Below are positions 24,269 to 35,969 of a stretch of 64,000 bases of DNA, one piece after another (position 1 is the first letter of the stretch; every line of letters starts with the position of its first letter). Under the pieces are notes generated by a model. That model saw only the letters and a list, made by a program, of their open reading frames with translations, searched no databases and was not told the origin of the DNA. The position numbers were made by a program, and so were the translations under genes. The stretch comes from Paraspadella gotoi (taxonomy: Eukaryota; Animalia; Chaetognatha), in contig CM119269.1 of NCBI GenBank assembly GCA_051294375.1, forward strand, positions 11,514,883-11,578,882, given 5' to 3'.

Positions 24269-25092
24269 CAAATAGTTAATTAATTAATCAATAATTAATT
24301 AATCAGTCAATTAATAAATCAATTAACTATTAAATCAATCAATTATTTATCTATTAATTAATTATTGAAATAATCAATTTATTTATAAACTATTTAATTA
24401 TTTAATCAATCAATCAATCCAGTCATTCGTTATCGTCATTACTGTCGTCGTCGCCATCATCGTCGTCGTTGCTTTTGTCGTGGTAAGTGACGAAAAGACC
24501 TAAAAACATAAATTTCGGATCAAATTAATTAATTTATTAATTTATTAATTTATTTATTAATTAATTACCGCTAATGATCGTGCAAGTGGAAATGAGTTTA
24601 AATGGAAAAAACATAAGTCATATTTACTTGAAGCATTTTTACTTATATTTACTCATAATTTTTATAATGATTAAAAATTGGATAGATAAATTGAAACGAT
24701 ATTTTGGATGTGGGTAGTAAACTATGAGATTAAGCTGGATATAAGTTTTTGATGGAATTGTAGGAGTGGAAAAGAGTTTAAAACAGAAAACCAAAAGACA
24801 CATTTATGTCAAATTTTAAAAATTTCCCTTATCTCTCTGTAATTGATTGATTGATGGAATGATTGATTAATTGATTTATTAATTGATTGACCAAATTATG
24901 CCCATTGACCAAATTATGCCTATTGATCAAATTATGCCAGTTGACCACATTTTGCAAGTTGATCAAATTATACAAGTTGAAAAAATTATGCCATTTGACC
25001 AAATTATGTGAGTTAACCAAATTATGCCAGTTGTGCAGTTGACCAACATTATTACCAAATTTAAAAAAATTATGCGAGTTGCCTATTTTCTT

Positions 25093-25538
25093 GCAAGCAT
25101 TGTTCTCGCAGTGCTCCTGAGACTTCGAAGGTGTGGAAGTCCAAGTCAATGCTGCCGCCCTCGTTTTCGGTGGAGCTGCCGGCGCCGTGGGTGTTGGCAG
25201 TGTCAGAGCCGTCATTTTTCTTCTGTTGGCGGAGTCCATCTTTTTGAAAGGCGTGGTCGTAGTGGTAAGGCTTTGTCTCTTCTTTTTGGGGCCGTGGTTT
25301 GTTGAGTCCAGTCCTGACACCACATTTAAGTAAGAGATTTCAACAAACCAAAGTGGATTTTATTCTCAGAAAAGTCAGATGGCATGAAGCCCATCTTCTC
25401 ATTGGTTGATTCTCGGTGGTGATTCATCCAATCAGAGAGTCCTCGGTTGATTTCATCCGAGTCGCCGATCCGGTTTGGTTCTGTTTCGATTCCGATTTGA
25501 TTCCGATATTTTCTCTTTGATTCCGATGCCATCTTCAA
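25093..25538 (-). mobile_element. LTR retrotransposon relic: LTR 3' part, tRNA-Leu-type PBS and leader
   Basis: On the minus strand: CCAAT motifs, GAGAATAAAAT, then CTTAAATG followed by TGGTGTCAGGA (complementary to a tRNA-Leu 3' end ...TCCTGACACCA); inserted within a 19-bp TGCCAGTTGACCAAATTA array. Confidence 0.55.
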
Positions 25539-26129
25539 TGAAATTATGCGAATTGACCAAATTATGCCAGTTGACCATATTATGTCAGTTGACCAAATTA
25601 TGCCAGTTGACAAATTAAATTATTGAAGTTGATTAAATTATGCAAGTTGATCGAATTATGCAAGTTGACCAATTTATGCCGGTTGCCAAATTATGCCATT
25701 TGACCTAATTATGTCAGTTGACCAAATTAAGCAAGTTAACCAAATTATGCCAGTTGACCAAATTCAGTCACTTGAGCAAATTACATCAGTTTACCATATT
25801 AAACCAATTGACCAAATTATGCCTGTTGACCAAATTATGCCAGATGACCAAATTATGTCAATTTAACAAATTATGCGAGTTGATTTAATTCTGCAAGTTG
25901 ATTAAATTATGAAAGTTGACCAAATTATGCAAGTTGGTATGGGCACAGCTACTGGTAATGATTGATAGATCAATTGATTTATAGATTTTTTCAAAGATTT
26001 ATTAAGAAGTCTATTATGATTTTTAATAATCACAAATTGAGAGTCAGAAAAATTACCAAGATTTATCATCGGATTAGCTTATTACCGCTTAATTATAGTA
26101 GGCAGATCCGACATTGTTTGCTCAAACTT

Positions 26130-26605
26130 GTTTCCATTTAAACTCATTTCTACTCGCAAGATTCCATCAAAACTTTATGTTCATTTCGAGCACCTACTTT
26201 CCTTCACACACACAAAATTTTATCTCAATCCATTTATCAAATTAGGATTAACTAGAGTAATTATACGCAAAAACATTCAAGTAAACGTGACTTATGATTT
26301 TTTCATTTTATTTCATTTCCACTCGGATGATTCAATATATTCAATATCCTGCTCAATCACACACTTTCCCACCAACACACAAAATTTCACTCTAATCCAA
26401 CCATCCAATCACGTGTAAATGGAGTTTTTTGCTTAGGTGGACGGACTGACGGACGGATGGAAATCATTTTTTTTGGCATAATTTATCCTAATTCGAGGTT
26501 CTGACATGATTTAAGTGAATGCTTGACATGATTTGGGGGAGAGACCGACGGACTGACAAAGTGAATTATAGAGTCGGAATCTACTGATAAGCAGATCCGA
26601 CTAAA
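26130..26605 (-). mobile_element. Helentron/DINE-1-like family 1 copy (further copies at 23150-24800, 28333-29600 and 29690-30472)
   Basis: Ends on the + strand with AGAGTCGGAATCTACTGATAAGCAGATCCGACTAAAA; same internal repeats as the other copies. Confidence 0.7.
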
Positions 26606-28892
26606 AATGTGGAATCTTTTTCTCAAAGAGAATCGACTCCTACTTAAAGAGCAGTTTTGGAACAATTTTTTTTTTCAAGCTTTATATAAACAATAATTTG
26701 TTAGGTCGTTATAGTGAAAATAGGTATTTCAAAAAATATATTTTAGGATTTTATTATTTCAATTTTGATTACATTGATTAAATTAAAGCTGGTTAAGCTT
26801 ATTTTCATGTTAAAATATTCTTAAATATGTCATTTTCTTAAAATTTCCAAAAGTTTTCAGAAGATATTAATATTGATATCTTTTTATATAAAATTTCCTT
26901 AAAAAATGTTCAGAAATGTAGACAAAAAGATTGAAAAAAAAGATTTGAGTTTTAAAATGAAAGACGATTTTTAAAGCAACATTTTCCCGCTCATTGCCTA
27001 GTCAAATCATAACCAATCAATATGAAATTTGGATATATAAATTATTTTGGTTTTTACTACAGAAAAAAATTTTCAGATTAAAAAAATCTTCACAGGTTTT
27101 TTTCTAGCGGCGGGTTTTTATGTGTCACCTTGTAGGTATAAAAAGATTTTATACTGAAATCAAATATTAACTTTTTGCATTATGATTTAAAATTGTTAAT
27201 AATCATTATAATATACCTAATAATAATTATATGCATAGTATGCATTGCATACCTTGATGATGCGCTTGTCACATTAATCGTCAGATGTCGACTCCAGTTT
27301 TTCTTCGATGATTAAAAATCTTCTTCTCTGAAAATCTACAGTGAAGAACATTTAGGTCGAAAATGACAGAACCAGAAAACCGGGGGCACGATGCCGGTCC
27401 AGTTGTTTCGGGGTCAAAAAGCGACGGCGGTAATTTATCTATGTACATTACCCTTTTGTTTAACGAAGCAAGTCTGTCTAGAGGGAAATGTAACTAATAT
27501 GTAGACGAAAACAAAAATTATTACTAAATTATTACTGAATTCTCGGATTGAAAAAGGTCCATGTACTGTAAGATGGTTAAAGTAAAAAAAAAGGATAACT
27601 ATCTTGATCCCTGTTAAGCAGAACAGGTTTCCAGGTTTTTTGGCAAGGAACGCATTCCATAGAAGATTTGAAGTTCATGAACGCGCGACCAAAAATGAGA
27701 AAAGGAGAAAAGGGAAAAAATATTAAAATATTAATAATATTAATATTAATATTAACAAGTTTGAGCAAACAATGTCGTATCTGCCCACGCTCATTAGCGG
27801 TAATTAATTAATTAATTAATATAAAAATAATTTATTTAATAAATTAATTAACTTGATCTGAAATATCTATCCTGCATCCCGACTTTGGACTTGGACTTAC
27901 AAAATAACAGGAACCAGCAAGATTTCAATCGACTCTCTCACAGTCGAATTTATCAAGTTGGCTTTTTTATCGAAAGAAGTGGTGTAATATTTTTTACCAG
28001 TTTCAGTAATAAAATTAGTTAAGAACATATGTGGTAACTGAAATTGAACTATATTTATTGAAAATTTTTTTTGTGGTGATTTTAACTTTTCTATTCGCAG
28101 AATCCCAATTTTTTTTATTCCATTCGTTAAGGTCGCAATTTGTTTGAGATTTTTAAAGAGGAGTTATGAGTAATTCCTATGCGGGAGACGAAATCAGAGA
28201 TTGACAAAAGAATACGGATTGAGTTAAATGGAGATGGATAGGGATGGAGAGAGAGAGAGAGAGACGTGGTCAGAGAGCGTAAGAGAGATATCCTAAGCTC
28301 GACTCAGCTAGAATTATTAAATTTGTTTTTTGTCGGATCTGCTTATCAGCAGATTTCAACTTTATAATTCACTTTGTCGATCCGTCTGTCCCACCACTAA
28401 ATCTTGTCGGTAAATCATTTTTATCACATCAGAACATCATATTATGCTATATTAACAAAAAAAACGATGTCCGTCCGTCCGTCTGTCTGTCCATCCGTCC
28501 GTCCGTCCGTCCGACCCCTCTTATTAAAAAACTCCAATTACTCGTGATTGGATGGTTAGATTGGAATGAAATTTTGTGTGTGGGTAGGAAAGTTTGTGAT
28601 TGAGCTGGATATAAAGTTTCGATGGAATCGTGCGAGTGGAAATGAGTTTAAATGGAAAAAACATAAGTCACTTTTTTTTGAATATTTTTAATAATTTTAA
28701 TACATATTTAATCGATTTATTCATAATTAGATGGATAGAATGAGATGAAATTTTGTGAAATTTTGTGATTGAGCAGGATATAAAGTTTTGTTGGAATCGA
28801 AAAGTGTTTGCATGGAAAAAACCATATTATTTATGCTTACTCATGAATGCTTAAATTAATTAATTATTTAATAAATTAATTAATTATTTAGG

Positions 28893-29600
28893 TGAAAAAA
28901 TGATGCAATTTGAAAAAATGATGCATATTGAAAAAATGATGCATATTGAAAAAATGATGTAAATAAAAAGAATATTTCAAGCTGAAGAATGATGCAAGTT
29001 GAAAGAATGATGCAAATTGAAAGAATGATGCAAGTTGAAAGAATGTTTCAAGCTGAAGAATGATGCAAGTTGAAAGAATGATGCAAATTGAAAGAATGAT
29101 GCAAGTTGAAAGAATGATGCAAGTTGAAAAAATGATGCAAGTGGAAAAAAAGATGACTTGAAAAAATTATGTGAATTGAAAAAATGATGCAAATTTGAAA
29201 AATAAAGCGAGTTAAAAAAATGATTCGAGTTAAAAAAAATGATGCGAGTTTAAAAAATTATGCAAGTTGAAAAAATGATGCATGATGAAAAAATGATGCA
29301 AGTTGAAAAAATGATGTGAGTTAAAAAAATGATGTGAGTTGAAAAAATGATGCAAATTTGAAAAATAATGAGAGTTAAAAAATGATGCCAGTTAAAAAAA
29401 TGATGCAAGTTGAAAAAATGCTGCAAGTTAAAAAAATGATTCAAGTTGAAAAAAATGATGCAAGTTTAAAAAATGATGCCAGTTAAAAAAATAATGTAAG
29501 TTGAAAAAATGATGCAAGTTGAAAAAATTCTGCAAGTTGAAAAAATGATGCGAGTAAAAAAATGATGCAAGTGGAAAAAATAATAATAGTTAAAAAATAA
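28893..29600. repeat. 18-19-bp minisatellite (TGATGCAAGTTGAAAAAA)n inside a family-1 element
   Basis: Dozens of degenerate copies; the same unit is seen at 18205-18405 and, inverted, at 31275-31470. Confidence 0.9.
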
Positions 29601-29636
29601 TTTGTTTTTTATTTGTAATTATTTCTACTATAGTAT

Positions 29637-29692
<56 letters not shown>

Positions 29693-30477
29693 GTTTGGTC
29701 AAACTTGTTTTGAGGTTTTTTCGTCACTGACCACGACAAAAGCAACGACAACGATGATGGCGACGACGACAATAATGCCGATAACGATTGACTTGAATTA
29801 TTGATTGATAGATTAAACAATTAATTAATTTATAAATAAATTGATTGATTGAAAAATTGATTGATTAATTGACCGATTAAATAATTATTGATTTAATAAT
29901 TGACTAATTGATTAATTAACTGATTAATTATTTGATTAATTAACTGATTAATTATTTGTTTAATTAATACATCTTGCACTTACATTTAATATAAAAAGAA
30001 AAAGAAGCATAATCAATTAGTGAAACCTGTTTTTTGTTTTTTCCATTTAAACTCATTTCCACTCTGACGATTCCATCAAAATTTGATTTGCAGCTTAATC
30101 ACACACTTTCCTACCGACATAGAAAATTTCAAGTCAATAGCCCCCTCCATTCATGAGTAATTGACGTTCAAATAGAGAAATAGATCTTTTTGTTTTTTCC
30201 ATTTAAACTCATTTCCACTCGGACGATTCCATCAAAACTTCACACTTCCCTTTCCACACACAAAATTTCATTCCAATCCATCCATCCAATCACGAGCAAT
30301 TGAAGTTTTTTGCTAAGGTGGGACGGATGAACGGACGGACGGACGGAAAGACGGATGCACGGACGTCGTTTTTTTTCCTTTTTTGTGTGCATAATTTATC
30401 ATAATTCGATGTTCTGACTTCTGACATGATATAAGTGAATGCCCGACAAGATTGAGTCGGGATCTGCTGACTAAAAA

Positions 30478-30862
30478 AGGAAAATTAAAAATTAAAAAAG
30501 AAAGAAAAAAAAAGAAAACGGAAAAATGAAAAATAAGTAAAAGGAAAAAAGGAAAGGGAAAATTAAAAGAAAATTAATTAAAGGAAGAGGAAAAAAGAAA
30601 AATTAGTAAAAGGAAAAGAAAAAAGGGAAAATGAAAAAGGGATAAAGGATAAAGGAAAAAGGGGAAAAGGGAAAAAGGAAAAAGGGAAAAGGGGAAAAGG
30701 GGAAAAAAGGAAAAGGGAAAAAGGAAAAAATGAAAGGAAAAGGGAAAAAAGATAAAAGGAAAAAGGGAAAAGGGAAAAATGAAAAGTGTTAAAGGATAAA
30801 GGGATAAAGGAAAAAGGAAGAAAGGGAAAAATGAAAAAAGGAAAAAAAGGAAAGGAAAAGGA
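30478..30862. repeat. Purine-rich low-complexity tract (GGAAAA/AAGGG-like)
   Basis: Read directly from the sequence. Confidence 0.9.
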
Positions 30863-31144
30863 AATTGACGATCGGACTTAAAGCTTGAAATTTATATCGT
30901 GTAATCATTATTAATCAATAATCAGTCAATAAACTATTCTATCAAATATATCAATCAATCAATGTTTAGATAAATTAGGCAATCCTATTTAATTAATCAA
31001 TCAGTTTTTCCATCAATATACTAGACAAATCAATAAAAAAAACCAAAACAATGAAAACTTCGTGTTTATAAATAATTCAATTATTTAATTAAAAACAATA
31101 TGAAATAAATCAATCAATCAATCAATCAATCGATCGATCATTCA

Positions 31145-33260
31145 ACAAGTTTGAGCAAACAATGTCGGATCTGCCTACGATAATTAATGGTTTCACCAAT
31201 ACATGTAAATCGCTTGCAAGGGATTAAACTGAACTGTTACTAAGGTACAAACAAATATTTTTTTAATCATTATTATTTTTTCAACTTGCATCATTTTTTC
31301 AACTTGCATCATTTTTTCAAGTTACATAATTTTTTCAACTTCCATCATTTTTTCAACATGCATCATTTTTTCAACTTGTACCATTTTTTTAACTCGATGG
31401 CACCATTTTTACAACTTTCATCATTGTTTTACCTTGCATCATTTTTTAAATAGCATCATTTTTTCAATTTAATTAATTAATTAATTAAAACATTTATGAG
31501 TAAGCATAAATAATAAAATTTCAAGTCAACTTGACTTTGTTTTTTTTTCATTTCCACTCCTCGATTCCATCGAATCTTTATATCCTGCTCAATCTCACAC
31601 TTTCCTACCCACACACAAAATTTTATCTTATTCTATCCGTCCAATCATGAACAATTCGAGTAATTATGAGTTAAGATTAGTAAAAAAATTCGAGTAAATG
31701 TGACTTATATTTTTTTATATTTTTTTGCATGATTCCATCGAAACTTTACATCCAGCTTCGTCACACACTATCCTACCCACACAGAAAAATTCATTTCAAT
31801 CCATTATTAAGTGTAATTATGGTTTACAATTAGTAAAATGATTTAAGTAAATGTGACTTATATTAGGGAAGTCTGGCGTTAAGCGACCGAGAAAAAAATT
31901 AGCGAATAAAAAAGTTATTTTACTCACTGAATAAAAATACTTAAAATACTTACAAAATACATAAAATTGATAAAATTATTATTGCAAAAACATTGTTCAA
32001 TCACATGCAATATATCTAGTGCCTTTTTTTTCATTGAAATCGATAGATATTAGCTAAAAATATTAGAATTAATTTTTCTTTTTGATATAATAAGAGAATC
32101 GAACTTCCGTCACTTGATGTCGTCAGGTTACTAGTAAATATGCGTTTGAGGATTCCAAATATGTTTTTAAAATTGACCTACGTAGACGCGCATAGACGCG
32201 ATATGCCTTGAAAGCAAGTTGTTTGGTTAGGTTCCACTTAAATTTTTAGCTTCGGCCGAGTCAATTGGTAATAAAAAATTGATTTTCTTTGAAATCTTTT
32301 GAACCAAAAATGATAGAACGATGAGACTGGTATCATATTAAAGCCATAATTATGGGGCATCTTTTCCGTATATTTTTTAAAAAAATTTTTAAAGGATTTT
32401 TTAAAAATCTTGATCGGAATCTTAGTCAAAAGTATAACAACTTTTGAAATTAAATTAAACACACTTGGCCACATTTAAAAAAATATATAAATATAGATTC
32501 TGAAAGAGAAAAGATTAAATTATGTTTCTGATATAAACAAAAATTTTCTATACCTCAAATGTTTATATAATTACTAAGGATAATGATTATCATTTTGGTG
32601 AAAACAAAAAAATTTAAAAAATTCATGTAGGAACCTTAAAAAAAATATGATTTAAATTTGATAATTTATGAGTTCAAACTTTGTTCCCCCTGATTTAAAA
32701 ACTACTGACATAGGGCTAAAAGACTGTATTATCAGATTTTTAAATTTTAAGATATAGCTGTGTCTATGAGGCCTGGCAGAAAAAAATATCACAATTTTTT
32801 TGTTTTATGTCATAATGCTATCATAAAATAATCTTAATGCATCACGTCAGGTATCATATGATAGCTAACGATGTCTGCTACATGACAGCACGTGAAAAAA
32901 TTTTTTTTTAATAAAAATAAAAAATTACCAGACTACCCTACTTATATTTTTTAAATTTAAACTCATTTTTACTTCTACGATTCCATCTAAACTTTTTATC
33001 CAGTTCAATCATACACCTTCCTACCCACACAAAATTTGATTCCAATCAAACCATCCAATCACGAGTAATTGGAGTTTTTTGCTAATGGAGGACGGACGGA
33101 CCGACCTACAGACAGAGAGACAGATTGACAGTCAGACCGACAGACAGATGGACATTTTTTTGTATAATTCTTCATAATTCGATGTTCTGACATAATATAA
33201 GTAATTGGCTGAAAAGATTGAAGGGGCGAACCGACGGACCGACCAAGATCCGACTAAAAA
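31145..33260 (-). mobile_element. Helentron/DINE-1-like family 1 copy interrupted by a TIR element
   Basis: 3' end AACAAGTTTGAGCAAACAATGTCGGATCTGCC at 31145 and 5' end AGATCCGACTAAAA at ~33246-33260. Confidence 0.7.
31864..32940. mobile_element. Non-autonomous TIR element (hAT- or P-like)
   Basis: TIRs TAGGGAAGTCTGG / CCAGACTACCCTA; 7-8-bp duplication (A)CTTATAT on both sides; the empty-site motif GTGACTTATATTTT is seen at ~31700; 31896-32020 is shared with 5654-5785. Confidence 0.7.
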
Positions 33261-33739
33261 ATCAATGAAAGAAGCAACGCAACGAAATAGCTTAATCAAC
33301 CAATTTATAATATTAAACGCAAACAAAACCATCACATGAACAAATATATTTTCTGTATATAGTATTTTTCCTCGGCTATTTTATTTCTATACCCGATTCT
33401 CTCATATATATTACAGCATTGGTTGTTAAATGTTATACATCGCAATTTAATTTTCCGTCTCTCGACCGTTTTTTTTTTTTTTTGCTCTGAATTGTATTTG
33501 ACCGAGGAAATTAAAACCAATTAAATTCGCCATGAATGAGTGTGTGAATTCGATAGATATCAATCCAGAAACTGACTAACTTTAACTCTTTGTGAATAAC
33601 TAAGAAATTAGCTTTTAAATGCTATCAGCGAAATTACCAAATTATTTAATAAATACACTCAAACGTTTTTAGTTCAGACTTTAAGTCAGGATTGGAAGGC
33701 GGATTTTTCCTCTTCACTAAAGAAACGAATCCAGTCACA

Positions 33740-33875
33740 CTTTCGACGCCCTCACTCTAGGGCGGGAACAAGAATTTGCTGCTGCATAGCTATGCTGCTA
33801 CCGCTGATGCGCTACGCTGCTGTCGCTGCTGCCGAAGAAAAATCGTGGGGCGCGGCTCGGCCGCGTCTTGTTTTT

Positions 33876-33915
<40 letters not shown>

Positions 33916-34779
33916 TTTTAATCACAAGCGAGAGAAGGATTCGTCGTCGTCATCGTCATCGTCGTCGTCATCGTCGTCGTCAGTGATTCGACGAAGATCG
34001 CGAATTTCGTCTCAGGAAACGAATTCGCGATGAAAGGGAGAAACGGACGAACGGACTTTCAGTTGAAGGCGAAAGAAAAATGCGCGCATTTCAAAGAGAT
34101 GATTGACAGGAATTACCCTGATCGGTTTTTTTCTTATTTAGGGTAAGGGTTTTTTTCTTATTTTCTTAGTGAAAAATAATGACAGATATTTAAGTATTAA
34201 GAGATTTAACTTTGAGAAAAGTATTTTTTATCGGATTCTCCCATTTCTATCTTAATATTGAAAATGCAATGTACAAAACTCGCTCTCAAGATTAATAAAA
34301 TCGCTTCGGGTTGTCAAATGGCAGATTTTTTCTAGCGAATAACGTTTAATAAATGATTTTTGTTAATCTATCAGGAATAACAATAATCTATTGCATTTTT
34401 AATGAAGGCAATAGATTCAGTAAAATTCTCTCTTCCCATAAAGCGGCCTTGGGTTCGTGCCCCATTGATGTCAATGGCTGACGAAAGTCATCCGTAGTTT
34501 TGTAGCAAATAACAGGCGATCATTTGTTCTGTCTCAGTGGCACTAAAGGACTAAACGGTGACCGAGACAAATGAAATATTTTTCATTCAAAATTTTTCAA
34601 AATATTTGCACTCTTTGTGGTTATATCAATTCTTTTAATTAAATTTTAATGATGCAATTATTTACGATAGTGGAATAATGTGATGTAAAGCCAGCATGAT
34701 TTTTCTCACGAGGGAAACCTTCTGTCTGTCTCTCTCCGGGTTTCCCTCCTATTCCAAACCGTCAGTTGCACTGAGATTG

Positions 34780-34836
<57 letters not shown>

Positions 34837-35330
34837 CTCTGCAGCAGCGTAAGCCACCCAGCATAACTAGCCCCTGCAGCGGTGGCTGTCGCTTTACTCT
34901 CTTCAATGTTGTGGATTCGATTATAAACGCCGCAGCTAGACAGCAGCAGCACAACGCCGCGGCCCGACCCTTCAGCCGCCGCGTCCGCCGTCTTCCCTCC
35001 TTACCACTCCGAGCCTCCATTTGCAAAAGGAGGGGAATTAAAAACGGGAAACGTTGATTATTTTCTGCGTTTATTTTTGAGGAATTAAGAAAACGATGAT
35101 TCCATGATCGAATCGTTCGTGACGCCCGAGTTTGGGGGAATTCGCCTACGAGCGAACCTGCCCGTCGTCATGAACGAATGAAATACAAAAAAGACCTTTT
35201 TTTATACCAAACATCCAACTGAGGTTTTTTTTCTCTCTCATTTCGTCATCCTTGCGCCCGGGAGAGCGGAGTGGGGAAAGCAGGCAAGTGGTCGGCCGAG
35301 GGAATTAACGTGTGCCTTGGGTTCAATTTT
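33740..35330 (+). promoter_or_regulatory. CpG-rich putative promoter / 5' leader region of the + strand gene
   Basis: Two GC/CpG-rich patches (33740-34090 and 34700-35330) with a GGGCGG box, (CT)n tracts and (TCG)n, upstream of the first clear exon (35686-35842). The TSS cannot be defined from sequence. Confidence 0.35.
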
Positions 35331-35969
35331 ATTGTTGATTCAATCATGACATTCAATCATAACTAATATTAAAACCAAAAAACTAAGCAAAATAAATTCT
35401 TTGAGAAAAAACATTAAAAAAAAACCTTTTATGAAATTGGTACAACCAATATAAAAATTATCCATTCATTTAATTAATAAACTATCTTGCCACTGACTTT
35501 GGACAGGCTTTGGTGGTTTAAGGCCTCCATCACTCTTACAAGATAATGACATAGCAGATCCCTGCAAGCTTTCAATCAAGACTCTCTCACAGTCTCATTC
35601 ATTCACTCCCCGAGTTCCTGGCTTATCTCAATGAAGTGGTATAATATGAATAGAATGTTTCAATTGTATATTTTATTTTCTTCAGATGACCAAGGTTAAG
35701 AAGAAATGCTGGTAATAATGGCTGAAGATCCATTATACTGGTTTGTGAGATCATGGCCTGTGGTATAAATTCCTGCTCATAGTTGGGATTATCAACATCA
35801 AACACATGAAGATGAGGTCTTCAAAAACATCAATCATGTTAGGTAAGTTCTAAAACAACTTATAAACAACTTTTTTTGGAATAAACATTAAAACAATTAT
35901 AATCATGCTTTTATAGGAATATCAAGGATAATGCAATGAATTAACTAAGAATCAAAGTAAATTATAGTA

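Larger units (their letters stand above)
22382..27132. mobile_element. Tc1/mariner-type TIR element (TA TSD) expanded by nested insertions
   Basis: TA|CAAGGTGACTCACAACAACCCGCCGCTAGAAAAAAA... and ...TTTTTTTCTAGCGGCGGGTTTTTATGTGTCACCTTG|TA; ~130-bp imperfect inverted arms (22382-22520 and 27000-27132). Confidence 0.65.

Noticed and set aside
24829-25323. 164-aa minus-strand ORF
   Set aside because: Starts at the PBS and runs into a minisatellite; no gag or other recognisable motif.
27253-27327. Exon-like 75-nt segment on the minus strand (TTTTCAG|...AAG|GTATGC)
   Set aside because: Stops in all three frames and no linkable neighbouring exons; it could be a non-coding exon but cannot be supported without transcripts.
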